A stretch of 64,000 nucleotides of DNA from positions 2,480,001 to 2,544,000 of the forward strand of contig JAYWIR010000025.1 in assembly GCA_036172245.1 (NCBI GenBank), read 5' to 3'. How positions within the stretch are numbered: the first letter of the stretch is position 1; each line of letters opens with the position of its first letter. The position numbers and the translations under genes were made by a program. This document shows, piece after piece, positions 1-12,599 of this stretch. The notes below the pieces were generated by a model. The model saw only the letters and a program-made list of their open reading frames with translations, did not search any database and was not told the origin of the DNA. This DNA is from Raillietiella orientalis. Its lineage: Eukaryota.

Positions 1-430
1 GGTGCTCTCCAAGAACTGGGGCGGAAACTGTCTAGGAGCGCCGCTGCATCGGGATACACGGCGACGGACTTGCTGCGACGCTTCTTCGCACGCGATAGGC
101 TTTGGCATGGCGCGGTGGTTGCAACGATGGGTGGTTGAATCCGCGCCATCGTCACGACCTGCCATGTTCTGGAGTCTCGGGCGCAACGAAGTCAGGTCAT
201 CGAGATGGCAGCCGCCTACATGAGGACAGCTGCGAGGTGGCCTCACCTGGAAGAGGAAGCCGTCATGGAAATCGCTGGCATTCTGCGCCGGTTTTGAGAA
301 TAAAGGAGGGTTTCAAACTGAATGACCTCTGACCTACGCGCTCCCTTTTTTTTTTAATTTACTGTCCTCTTCCCTTCCTTTCCGAAATTCCTCAGCAACC
401 GACCTGCATGTCGGCGAACTTTCCCAACGA
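1..430 (+). mobile_element. 3' end relic of L1/Tx1-like LINE (ORF2 C-terminus + 3' UTR)
   Basis: IGFGMARW resembles the LGIVAAW C-terminal motif of sibling copies. It is followed by a T/pyrimidine tract and the family 3'UTR hairpin CCGAC-CTGCAT-GTCGG at 399-414. Confidence 0.5.
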
Positions 431-439
431 ACTTCTTGT

Positions 440-1750
440 TTCACTTTGGGAGCGGCGTTCCCAAAGACTTTGTTTATTGTTTTAACAAAGGACCCCGGGT
501 AAAAAAGAGTGACGTGAGTGGACCTGGTCGTGACCCTAGCCTTCCTACTCCTGTTACCGAGTTCATGGATGGTGTTTCCTCCGTCAGCGTCACATCTCAG
601 GCATGTGATCTCTGGGGATCAGACTGTGTGGGTGCCGAAGTCCACGACAAATCCACGTGTGGATGCGCCCTGTTCTCCAGACTGTCTTCGGAAAAGCTAG
701 GACGAATTGAGAAAGGGGGGGGGGGAGAAGTTTCCAAGAGGCACCCTTCTAGTCACCGTTGTGCCTCTGCTGATTCCAAAATTTGGATGGCTATTTCTTA
801 TTTTCATTTTGGTTCGCTTTCCGCTCGATCTATGCCACCCCCATCACTGAAAGAAGTCCAATACACCTGTGAAGTTGAAAAATTTCCAGCTGGTGCTTAT
901 CGTATCTTTGGAAGGAGGTAGCATCAAGGAGAGGGCAGCACCCCCTGAAGCATTATATTTCCTCGAAAACTTAGAACTTTGTCTTTGCGGGACCATGGAT
1001 TGCAGCATCAGGGTAAGCTGGAGCTTGACGAATCTCCCGCGGTATGTCCTAAGATGGAGTTTCTAGGCGTTCTCAGTGGAAGCTTCGAGATACTGGGATT
1101 CTTCATCGACGTCTCCGCCCTTCTTCCACGACACCAGCGGACTGCTACCTTGCTGGCAAGTCTGGGCTCTCCGCGAAACGAGAAGCGCCACTACATCTCT
1201 GCGGAAAGAGAGCATCCAAGGAGCGTACCCAATGTGGGATAACGGGGACCATACCGCACGTGCTTCTTGAATGCAGAAGACTGGGTCAGGGATGGAAGCT
1301 CATAGTTGAAGCGCTTCAGTCCGTTGATGTTTCCCTGTAAGGCCTGCTTGAAGGAACCTCTACTTCTCCAGGCTTACCGGCTGCCTTCTCGCCGGCGACC
1401 TTCTGCCACATTTCGCAGCAGTGACCACCAAAATGGAAAAGGGAGTGTCGCTGACATGTCTTGGAGAGTCATCTGCAATCCCCTTTGCCTATTCGAAGGC
1501 AACGAAGTGGTCCAGTCTGGTATATGAGATGCAGGATTTGGGCGGATTAACCGGACACTGGTGACCGCACCTCCACTTCCGTTCCTCCTCTGCCCTCTGG
1601 AATCGTGTTCGTTACGGTGAGGTCGATCCATTCCATTATCCATCTATTTATTTATTCATTGTTTCATCCTCTGTACCCTTCACTCCTTAGTCCCTCTAGT
1701 TTCGGATCGGCGCGTGTAGATCCTTCACTGTATGAATTTATCTTACTTAC
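440..1750 (+). mobile_element. degenerate LINE ORF2 3' portion
   Basis: SLEGG (EGGLG-like, ~905), PCKACLKE Cys motif (~1335), then a pyrimidine/T-rich tail. Heavily decayed. Confidence 0.3.
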
Positions 1751-1759
1751 CGGTCTAAA

Positions 1760-3950
1760 TAGCCCGGAAATCTGGGATGAGGTCTCTGCTGACCTAAGAA
1801 ACAGTCCCTTTTGTTTTCCTTAATAAGACAGCATAGAATGCACTCCCCACCAAAGTTATCACTCGTCTCCGGTCCTGCGTGCGGATGGCAAGGTCGGTTA
1901 GGGGAGCCTTCAGTAGGTCTATTCGACATCCGATCTCCAGTCGCGCCGGAGAGTGACAGTACATTTCCTCGTGATGCTTGATGTGCGTTTGTTTCCAATC
2001 GCGGGCAGTTGTTTCAGTATTCAAAATGAGTATTCCCCATGAATTCTTCTGCGTTTACCTCCTCTGCTGGTCGGAGAGTTCCCACGTCTTCGCCCCTCTC
2101 GCCGCATCGTTCTCCGCACTCCTGAAGGACGGTCGGGTTAATGATCTTCATCCACCTCCCGATTCTGCAAGACTTGATTCTGAGAGTCCAAGGGTTCCTT
2201 TCTTCAGCTTTGGGCTCCCCGTCTGAAGCTCCTTCCTATTCCGGAAGGGAATTACTCTACGGGCTGAAGCTACCATGTCACCTGACAAGGTCGCAGACAG
2301 ATCAAGCGAAGGAACGACGGAAAAGAATGAGAGAAACGCGGGCTTCGCCGAAGGAACAACCACAAAGTGCCACAGGCACGAGAGCTGCCGATCTGTCTCG
2401 TCCAAACCTACCCTCCCTCTACTTCCTTTTTGTTCTCATTCCACAGGAGTCACTCCTTCGTTTCGGCCACCGTAGGGAGGAGGGTTCATACAATCCATCT
2501 CATCGTCTAGAATTCCATCGTCATCTTCCTCCTTAGATCATTGCCTGATGCTTGAGCACCCACACGGAACGGACTCTGTCGGACTCTGTCGCCCACAAGT
2601 CTTTCACGCTTAGGACAAGGAGCCTCAGCTGCGGACCCATCAACCCGGCTGATGAGAGGATCGTCAGAGAGGATCGATTCTGTTAGACGAGTTCCGCTTG
2701 AGTGAATCCCCGTCATTCGCTGACATCATTCAGCGCGAATGCCTCGCAGTCCAGGACGCGTTGCTAGGAAGAAATGCAGCAGCAGCAGCAGCACATACAC
2801 CGGATGACACTTTGGTTCCCTCGCCCCCAGCTCTTCTCTCGTAGGGCACAGAAAAGGCGCGAAGCTCCCTCGTTTCCATGGCGAGTGGGAGCACCGACAG
2901 CCGGAGATTATGGTCGCCGTTGAAATGCGCCAAATCTGGAAGCAGAGATCGAGAATCTGGCGTCCGGCACATTTCTCTTTGCTCGCTGGTCGTTTCCGGA
3001 GATGCGCGCAATTTGTGCGTCTCTCCAGGAACGCCTTCAGTGCAGCCTCCCAGAATCGATTGGGCAGAGACGCTTCGGAGGCAAACCATGGCTTGCCGCC
3101 CACGAAGCGGCTTGGAGGAGAAGCCCTGGCACTGCACAACGTGGCCGCCGCTTGACGTGACACGCACGAAGTGATACTTGCAGGTGCGGAAGCGTTTGAT
3201 TGGAGGCGGGCGGCACGGCGGTATCCTTCCGCGTCCGTTCTGCAATGTAGATTTTGTAGGGCAATTCTTGACCTTTCCTTTGACGTAAGAGAACCACTAA
3301 GCTTTGCACAGATTTCCGATTCGAGCGTGAGATTTACGGCGAGAGCGGCGTCCGGCCCGAGTCCATCCCTCAGCGGGCAAAACGAGCCTCCAGCTGTTGC
3401 TTTAGTGCTGAAGGTGGCAGCAAGGTGCTTCCTATTCAGTGTTGCACAAAGAGGAGCAGCAGCACACGAAATGCGGTAACGGAGGTAAGCAGTCACCCAT
3501 TGACCGTTCCTCAGGGGGATTTTCCCGAGCGGGCCACACCTTCACGAAATTACAGGTCGTGCGACCGGAGCCAGCCGGATGTTTCCTACGGAGATCCCCC
3601 GAGAGGGTGCACTGAGGAAGGGGCACGGGGATTTCGCCTCCGGCTCTCTCTCAGAGTCATGTCCCGGAGATGGCACGCCGGAACACCTCTTCCTGAGCCA
3701 CTGGAACAACGTGCTGTAACAAGCACTGAACGCGGGAAGCGAAGGGAACATGCGGAAAGCTCCAACCAGGCAGATCCTAGCGCGGAGGGGTCTCGAGCGG
3801 ATGGAATCCTCAGACCGATTGCGTTCGGTTGTCATGGGGAATGCCACCATCTCGATGACAGGTAAATTGCAAGGTGCCTCTCCGCTGGAGGGGGAAAGAG
3901 CGAAGAGAACATTCACATGGAATTTCGCCTTCGGACCGTTGCCCTATCCC
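1760..3950 (-). mobile_element. degenerate LINE ORF2 (APE endonuclease to start of RT)
   Basis: Collinear relic motifs: LET (~3795), TAYL (YAP-like), GGSFC (GGDFN-like), FWEAALKAFL, GASDGEP (PGPDGLP-like, ~2220). DNA similarity to 32583-32620. Confidence 0.5.
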
Positions 3951-5799
3951 AGGCTTTCCCGGTCGTCAGCTGGACTACCGCCGGGTTTTTTTTCGCCAGC
4001 TCTCTAGGCAAACCGAGACGTGGCTAGAGCAGAAGCTGTTCATCTCCAGGAGATCCATCTTAAATTGCGTGAGAGGGTCTGTTCCATCTCCTCCCGGCTT
4101 AGATGTCTGGGAGACAACAAACGCCAGGAGATTCGATAAGTGCAAGAGATGACCTCTGCTTTCGTTCGCCGAAGAGTTACTCATCAAGCCCAGAAGTCAT
4201 CCGACGCTCGCTGAGGACCCCCAGAGTCGGATATTAGGTAATGCTTGATGGTATGAAAGTTGAGAAAAGCCAAAAAAATAAATGCACTTCTCGTTGCATG
4301 GTCTTGGGGGGAACCTGTCTACATCCACCCATGTCGCTGAGCGCGCGTGTGCAAGCGAAACTGGATGCTCCGAGGAGCAGCAGGATGTGCTGCTTCAGCT
4401 GCTTCCCACAGGAATCGATTTGAAAAACGAGTTCTGGAAGGAGGGAAGATCCTGCCGAGAAGGTCGAAACCACCGTAGGGAAGGGAGTGTGGGACATCTC
4501 CAAACCGGTTCGCGTTTGCAGACCCCCGTCGTTTCACTCGACCAGTCCCCCCCCCCTTTCCTCCTGCCGAGAACTCTCTTGGATCGCAAGCAGGGGGATC
4601 GAAGCAAGCTGAGAGAGGGAACGAGGACACAAGGATCTCAGAGCAGTCGACGCAAGAAGTCTGCGGAACACCGCGACCTTATGAGTCTCTCACGTCCTCG
4701 AAAGCTTGCGTGGTGTCGCACATGCTCGGAAAAATTCGCGAGCTCTTGCGGAAGCGTCCCGAGATCTTTTGACTCACTGAGATCAGACTCAGTGCCAGGA
4801 CGGGGCACAACTCGTGAGAGGCGTCAGCAAACTCAGCACACCGTGTGCAAAGCTGTGCGTGTTACTTCGACGGGGGGGAGGGGGGAAGGATGCGATTTTT
4901 TTTTTTTCTGGTCGTGGAAAAACGGGAAGCTGGGAGGTGAGCCAGAAGAATCGCCGAATTGTCTATGCCTTTGATCACAGCTTCCAGGAGAATGTAATGA
5001 ATAGAATGCTCCACTCTCTGTTGTAATAGAGTCATCCTTTCCTGAATCGAGACAAAACAAAGATACGAGGGATGCGATGGTTTGCGACAACCATCCTGAA
5101 AGTGCTGAAGTGTAGCGCAAGAGAAGACGCATTGCCTCAGGCTGTCCTCTCTTCTGATAAATGGGTATCCGCTTCTCTAGAGCATCCGGTGCGCAACTAT
5201 TCCACAAAAGTTTGGATTTTCCAGCTGTTTCTTCTTCGTACGGCTGGTAGATACCTGGTAACTGCATCGCGATCTTTACCAATCTACATTTTCCGTTCAC
5301 ATCTTGTTGTCTGCAGACACGCTAAAATGGGAGGGGGATGGAGCAGTGCAGACAAACAGAAGGGGAGGAAAATTCCCACCACCTTCGCAGAGTTTCCTCC
5401 GACTCGCACTCAGATGAAATGCCAGTTCCCGGCAACCCGTTCGATGCTTCCAGCACAGAGTCCGGGAATCCTAAATGCTGGAGCAGGCAGCTTCCTTTTT
5501 GATGATCATCGTGCTTCGGAATCCTCCTTCAGCTCACTGTGACGCGTCGTTCATTTACAGGATATCAGCATCTTAAGAATCCATGGTGCAGCAAACGTTG
5601 CTAGCGTTGAGAGTAATCCTCTGAAGGCGAAGAGGGCAGCCAGGCCTCTTCCGGGTCGCTCTCTTCCGAGCTTCTGACTCTTCTAGTGTCGCCGCTGACT
5701 GGTTTCAAGGACAAAGGATTTTCATCTTCCAACATCTCGAAGCATTTCCTTTACACTCCAGAGATCTGGATTTGTTTCCTAAACTGCCTGCTCCTACAG

Positions 5800-8500
5800 T
5801 TCCAAAACTGCCTCGAGAACCCTTGAGGGAGTGGTTGGAGTCCTCCGCCACGCACTCTCTGTCTGCGCTTAACCAACATTCCACAGATGTTTACTTACAG
5901 AGTATTTCTTTCTTCTTCGGATGCCGGTGCATGGAGATCAAAAGCAAGCAGCTGATGTGGCTGGCGTGAAGATTCAAACGTGGCCCTAGAAAACCTACTG
6001 CTCGAACATTCAGATACCATGCACTCCTCTCGAGAGAGACCCACTTCGTTTTGGTTTTCCTGATTTTTAAAAAATTCTCGAAGTTTTTTTCTACACTGTT
6101 AGATGTAGATGTACACATGTAGACGAATGTAGATATACACATTTCATCCTATGCTTGGGTTATTCAGACCTGCCAATGCCTCGAATGCGGAGCAAACCAT
6201 AGCAACCGAGACCCGTACGTAGATACGCATTAAAATCGACCTCTTGACCTTGCAGTTTCAACGAAAGCGTAAAGAGGAAGGGAAAAAAAGAAAAAGAAAC
6301 GGTAAGAGAGTTGTGGAGTCGGCCAGCTTGTTTTCTCTTATTCGAAACGTTGCTTTATTGCGATGAAAGAAGAGGCCAAATCAATGCTTTTGTTTTTTGC
6401 TCGTCGTTCTTTCCTGTCTAGATCACTTTAAAAACTGGCCGTGGCTTCGATCGGAAGGAGGACTGCTGCACACGGCGGCAGTTTCCAGTCATGAGTTTCC
6501 CAACTTTGAAAATGAGTGATTTTTTTTTTTTAAATTTGATCACATTGAAATCTCCACAGCTTGGAATCTCCATTACTGGTCCTGTGGTTACTTCATTCCC
6601 CATCTCCCCTTCTGATCACTCTTCCTCACCTTTTTTTTCTTTTTTTTTTTAGCGAGGATTTAGAGTCGTGAGCAAGGTAAGTCATCCTGAGCAGCCTTAT
6701 TTTTCCCTGAAAAACGAGGTTCTGACCCAAACCACACTCACCGTAATTAACGCAGAAGAGCTACTGCTTGCAAAGAATGTCGCAAGGGCAAACAAAACTC
6801 GCAATGTACCCGCGCAATCGAGACGCGCTTGTTTAGCAGAGTACATCAGTAGTTGCAAGATTTTCGTCGGTTTGCTCAAGTCGGTAATGACCCCACTTTG
6901 CTACTATGGAGCCACTTGTTTCGTGATGGATGCAGGGAATCCACTTGATGACCACAGCTGGTATTAGAAATCCAAATTCACTGTTCCATGTGAGAAAAGA
7001 GAAGATGAAAGATGAAGCGTCCACCATGCTAAGCTGTAGAAAAAAATCTTGTCCACGGGAAGAATGTGCCGCAACAACACGTTTGCTGCTCTCGAAATCC
7101 AGCGCAGTGCTTCAACATTCTCCTGCTGGGATGTGGACAGTTGACCTCGTTCCGTTCCGGTTAAGACCTTTCAAAAACGTTCTCAACGTATGTAATGCAA
7201 GTGCTCGCAAACAGCTACACAGTCCTCTTCCTCTGTCCCAGGTGGTTGTCTCCCAGCTGTCTTGCTTTCCACATCCCGACAATGACGGTATCAGTGCGAG
7301 AGGCGTCAACTGATGAGATCCCACTTGCGTTTCCTCATCTTTTCTGCAACGCAAAATGCATCTCTTCTTTCCCGTCCTTTTTTTTTTTTCATATCACAAA
7401 CAATAAAATGAAGTGCACAGACAACCAATGGGATTATTTGTCGACTTTAGCGCGGTAAAAAGTCTTCAGCTCTCAAAACTCACCCACCTCCTAGGCGATC
7501 TTGATTGCGAATCCGAAATTCACTTTTGCTCGATGTAGCGCTCTCTTGCATGAATTATTGCCGCAGCTTGAGATTTCCTCGTTCTTCTCCCAATCCTCAC
7601 ATCAGATACTTGCTTTTGCCTCTTAGATTTTTTAGTCACTCAGAAGCCGTGAATCTAGAAAGGATAAAAACGTAAACAATAAAGTACGTCTGAACATGAA
7701 TCAGAAGAGAGAATACAGCATTCTTTCTAGCTCAACCTGGAGGTTAAGTCATGGAATCCGTACCTACGAAGAAGAGGTTTCAAGGATGAGGTTGGCGTTT
7801 GTTTCAACAAACGGGGGCGTAGGCGTGCACTTGAGACCGCTTCCCTCTCAAGAGTGAGCATAAAACTGTGCTTGGACTCGCCTACGTGTTGCCATAAAAA
7901 GCACCCCTCTGTGGTAACCGAAATGGGCTTTAAGGGTACCTTCATATCGATTTTTAGCAAATTGTTTCTCTCAAGAGCTACAAGCCTGGTACCGGTCTGC
8001 TTCATTCGGGAGATCCTAATACGAAATTCCTCCTCAGATCTTACTCAGTCGACACTCGAGAACAAACGTGATCTCTGAGATTCTCTCCAATACGGCTACT
8101 GAAGTCTCATGCCAAGTGGCCAGTGCACTACCTCCATAAACACCTTTTCCCGCCTACTTGACTGGCTCAAGATGAAGATGCCCGTGCGTGGTCATGTGGT
8201 CCTATTGCCGTGTGCAACGCACGCGCTGGAATCGGCTGAACCAACAGAGCCTCCAAACCACGCAACTGGAAGCTAAAAGGTCCTTGCGGATGCAACCAGC
8301 AACCTTTTCCCCTACGCATCCGTCTTCCGGACTTTTCCTTCTCTCTGAGGTTCCCAGGTTTTTCCTAACTTTGCCCGTTGATGCCTACGGCGGTTTCTCC
8401 ACTGCAATTGGGCACAGAGCTTGCTTTAACAAGGCTTCCAAAGGTTGCGCTCAGTCCATTTCTTCAGGACGTACGCTCTGTCGACAATGATTTACTCATT
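5800..8500 (+). mobile_element. possible decayed DNA transposon (MULE-like with Ulp1/C48-like remnant)
   Basis: W-MQGIHLMTTAGIRNPNS (~6925-6980; TTNxxExxN-like) and QDEDARAWSCGPIAVCNA (~8168-8222; Ulp1 Q..SCG-like). Weak, by-eye motifs. Confidence 0.2.
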
Positions 8501-8599
8501 GAGCTCATTTCACACCTTTACTCCGATATACTTAGTGCATGTGATTTTTTTTTCTTTTTTTTCAAATGCACTTCGTGCTGACCCACAGAGCAGTTTTCG

Positions 8600-10960
8600 C
8601 AACCCACTATTTCCAAGAATGCCAACCGGAAAAAAGAGGCGATCTAGAGATGCTTATATCTTTCGTCATTCTAATGTCGGCATGAAGACCGAAGTCAAAA
8701 GAACGAAAGGAAAACGGGAAATCCTTTCTTTTCATCCTGCAGCAGCCCACCTGGCGAAGCCACAACGGATAACCTTCCGTTCTTTTCCGCCGCCACATGC
8801 CTCACTTGCACCAAAGCCGAACTGTAAAGATTTCACTGCAGGTTCTCCGAGTTTTGTCCCAGGTCAGCAGCAGATCGCAAAAGCGGCGGCCTGTTGGATC
8901 GAAACCTTTTCGAAGTCTTTGAGCCGGGAAGAGCAGAATGCATTGAGGTCCGAACTCACCCGGCACAACAAGCAGCATCCGTGGCTTGATGCGAACTCAG
9001 CATGATCGCCTTCCCGTCCCAGCTTTCAGCTCCGGGCCCACTCCCAGGGGAGGCTGATTTAAGGCCGTGAGACTTCCTTGTATGCTGCGACAATCGCTTG
9101 TATAGCGGAACTGAGGAGGAGTGCCTCCTGACCCGGGCTGCCAGTCCGCCATGCCCTCCGGAGATTGTGGTTTTACATTGCTGACACTGTGGTTGAGGGG
9201 TAGACTAGGGATTCTTCTCTCAGGAACGCATCCCTCTGCGCATGCGATCGGCGTCATCCTTACTGGACGGTGCCCGCACATTCGGCCTCTCAGCACTTAT
9301 GAATCGTAGCCCTCCACATATGAGGTGTTGTGAATTGAACAGAAAGTATCTCCACGCACTAAGCCGCGTAACACAGGACACTGCTTCTTAGTTCACGACC
9401 TAGGAAAAGACGGTCTGCAGCAGCAAGGAAGGAGGTGGCCCAGCCCGCGCACGCTTTTTTTGCAGCTGTCAGACCAGCGATCCAAGGAGGACTGCGGTAC
9501 CAAAGTGGTTGCCTCCTGGAGGAACAGCGACAAACGGCCTGAAGCACCCATCCACCTGTATTATCTCAGAAGGAGGTTCATGAGCTAGGAAAACTTACCC
9601 GTCCTGATAGATCTATTTAAACTGAGGGCATGACTGTCCTCGGGATGTTCGGTTCCCAGTAGCGAAGATCACGAATGTCTGCGTACGGTCTCGGCAACCC
9701 CATTTCTTCACTCTCGAGTTCGCAGGAACCAGGGCAGCAGGACGGTGGAAGCGCGAATGGACGCACGCGTTCCTCAGGCGATGGGCAGCAGGGTGGCCTG
9801 CCTACGTTTCCCTTCCTTCTCTCGGGCCTGCTGGAAGCCGTCTGGGATGCTGCTATCAGAGCAGCAACAGACCCACCTCGATGACAAGTGCGCAATCTGT
9901 CTTTCCAGGAGCCAACCAAGTCGTCCAGATAGATGACCCATCTCCTCCTGTTCGATGAACACTTTCCGGATTCTCGTCGTGCCGAGGAGAACACAGACGA
10001 GAGTTCCTCGTGGGGTGGGTTAGAGTGTGAGACAGTGTCTCGTCCCATCGCCGGCAGCGGCAAGAAGAGCCCTCGGCCAGCATCCTTCCGGCATCTCTCC
10101 GTATGGCGAGAACGCTGAGAACTTGAACAGATTTTTATTTCTGATGCAGAGGAAATGGTCCCCTCCCAGGTCAGGTAATGTTGGGAAAAGTCGCAAGTCG
10201 GGCCCCCCTCTTACCAGGATGGATCATCCTTCATCGAAGGATCAATTGGTCCTCATGGAGGAGTACCATTCCCTCCACTAATCTATGGATTGCTGGTCCA
10301 CGCAAGAGTATCCGCGTTGTCCTCGGGCACGAATCTGACGAGACAGCTGCAGGATCCGTTTGCTCACCATCGCCCTGAGTTTTGGCCCATTGGTGTCCGT
10401 CCAACCGAAGAACCAGTCGCGCGCGATTCCAGAGATTCGGTGTCGAGTGTCATCCATCAGGGGATAACCGTAGATCTACGCGACTACGGAAATTTCGGCG
10501 TTTCAGAGGAGGCCGCCTTCCCGAAACGGAAGGCGAACCTCCTGGAGGATAGCGATTCACCACCCCACCATCCCACCCCCTCCCACGCATCCACCGAGCC
10601 GAAAATCTGAACTGAACTTCGGGATGGAGGTTCACGGCCATCCTCTCGCTGACAGCTGTCGAAGAGATCCCGGAGGAGCTCCCTGAGCTGCGGGTTTCGC
10701 AGCCGCCCACGTCCCGCTGGAAATCGGGATGCCGTGAGCAAGAGTGCGTGTTCGCCCTGGCCTAGCCTTTCCTTCCAGATGCGGCAGCGAATGTTGCTCG
10801 GCGAGAACCTCCTCCCCTTCCGATACAGCTGCGGATTTTCCGCCTCTCCTTTTCCTGAAATTCCTTCCTGCCATCGCAAGAAGAGGAAAAACAGAAGAGG
10901 CGAGTGTCGTTCTTCTTCATCGCCGGGACGAAGAGGCGACACTCCCAAATCGACTCGGGA
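8600..10960 (-). mobile_element. degenerate LINE RT region + 3' UTR
   Basis: FIEQEEM (LDQEKAF-like, ~9950), KRRQATLLP (VRQGCPLSP-like, ~9800), PYADI (YADD-like, ~9680). 3'UTR hairpin TCGGT-CTTCAT-GCCGA at 8677-8692 (minus). Confidence 0.55.
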
Positions 10961-10969
10961 GATCCGCCC

Positions 10970-11707
10970 TGGCCCGCGTTGGCTGCCACGTGACACCAAG
11001 CGTCGCGGGTTCGAATCCCGTCCGGGGAAGGACCCACGGCGAGAACGGCAAGGGAGGGAGGCGCTGCGGACCCGAGTCTCCCCCTCCCGTAGGACGACGA
11101 CGCCGGTTGGCTTCGGGCGGCCTCGGATGCGGCACCGGCAGAAGCAGCCGGATGCCTGGCCAGAATTGGAAGTCGACCCATTGGAACGTCCGACTCTAGG
11201 GGGCTTGCGTTGCCTCTGCAGAGTGTCAAGAAGCGCGCTGCTTCCTCCGGGGAAACCTCTCTAGAGAAATTTGGAGGCTTCCCTTCAGAGTTCTCTCTTC
11301 AGAGAAAGAGGATGCAAGGAGAGGTTTCCTTGAAGGTTACCTCCGGAGAAGAAACTCCAGGAGCGGATCCCTTCCGGGTTCCCTTTGGAGAAGAAACGGG
11401 AAGCGGTCCCTGGTCAGAGGGTTCCTCCGGAAGGGGAGAGGAAGCGGTTCCCTCCGGGGTTCCTCTCCCAAACGCTAGAGGATCGGACTCCTTCCACAGG
11501 AGCCTTCCCACATTCAGAGGGTGTTCCCTACGGGGTTACTGCCTATGAATTGAAGAGTCACAGGCACTCTCAGGTGCCGTGGACAGCGCTGAAGAGCTTC
11601 TCGGGACCATCGTAAGGAGGTTCTTCAGCACTTGGCAGAAACCGGAAAAAAGAAAGAAGCTGGAAGGAAAGCGGCGAAAACAGAGAAATCCCAAAGCTTT
11701 TCCATCA
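10970..11707 (+). mobile_element. tRNA-headed SINE-like structured repeat, copy 1 (divergent)
   Basis: T-arm/B-box GCGGG-TTCGAAT-CCCG (11005-11020). Hairpin-array body homologous to the 20558 and 58628 copies. 3' stem GCTGAAGAGC...GTTCTTCAGC (11588-11629), then A-rich tract and shared tail ending TTTCCATCA. Confidence 0.8.
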
Positions 11708-11709
11708 CA

Positions 11710-12560
11710 CATATCCTCTACCCCCCTTGCCACAGTGTTGTCCTTCCGAAGGGAGCAAAGCAAGGGACAACGCGATCTCGGCAGGGTGGGAAGTGACGTG
11801 CTGCATAGCTGCAAAGAAGAAAAACTATCGAGTGCCTGGACAACTCGGGAAGTGACGGATGCTGCGGCGCCGAGTGTCCCACCCCACGAACTTGTACGCT
11901 CAGGAGAGCTGTTGGGAATCCCTCCGGAGGAGGTGAAGTGCAACCCTCCCCCTCAAGTGGGGAGAGTTGGCGTCGTTGCATGTGGGAATCCCGTGCAAAG
12001 CGCGATTCCACCAATGGTTGTAGGGGAACGTGGAAATGCCAAGTGCGACACGTGCGGGAAGAAGGAGAACCTCTCTCACCTGCTGCTGCACTGTGTTGCC
12101 CTCCGACCCCTTTGTGATCCTGGCAACGATCCTAGGAATCCCGGCGAGCGGTCTCAGGAAAACTCTTCTTCGCGCTTGCTGCCAGCCGCGGCCCTCGCAC
12201 TCCTCTGCTACGTCCTCGGAATCGTGGCAGCCTGGAACGCGGGAAGAAGAGGCCAGAATGGCAGGGACGCGAATCTTCCAATGGGTGCGAATCTTCCTGA
12301 GGACCCCCTCGAGAACCAGGCAATATCCGCACAGAACTTGCCAGCATCCTGAACAGGATGCCGGAGACGTCTGGCAGCGAACCGTGATCCGTTCCTCCTC
12401 ACCCCCTTCCTTCCCCGCCTATCGATTTCCCTCCCCTGTTTCGTTTGTTTCTCTTTTTGTTTTCCCTCCCCCCGCGCTGCCGAAGAGCACCTCGCCGGTC
12501 TGCGTACCGCCTTTTCGCAAATTCATTGTGCGTGGTTGAACCAACGGTTCTACGACAAAA
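11710..12560 (+). mobile_element. LINE 3' fragment (ORF2 C-terminal zinc-binding motif + 3' UTR)
   Basis: CDTCGKKENLSHLLLHC (CxxC..E...H...C, zf-RVT-like), LCYVLGIVAAWNA, pyrimidine tract, hairpin CCGGT-CTGCGT-ACCG at 12495-12509. Confidence 0.7.
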
Positions 12561-12599
12561 ATGTATTTTCATTGCTTTCCGTAAGAAATGCCCTGGCAT

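Noticed and set aside
9870..9925. RING-like start DDKCAICLS
   Set aside because: The remaining ligands are absent, and it lies antisense to an RT relic.
10970..11030. Functional tRNA genes at the element heads
   Set aside because: Only the T-arm/B-box is well formed. D and anticodon arms differ between copies and give no canonical cloverleaf.
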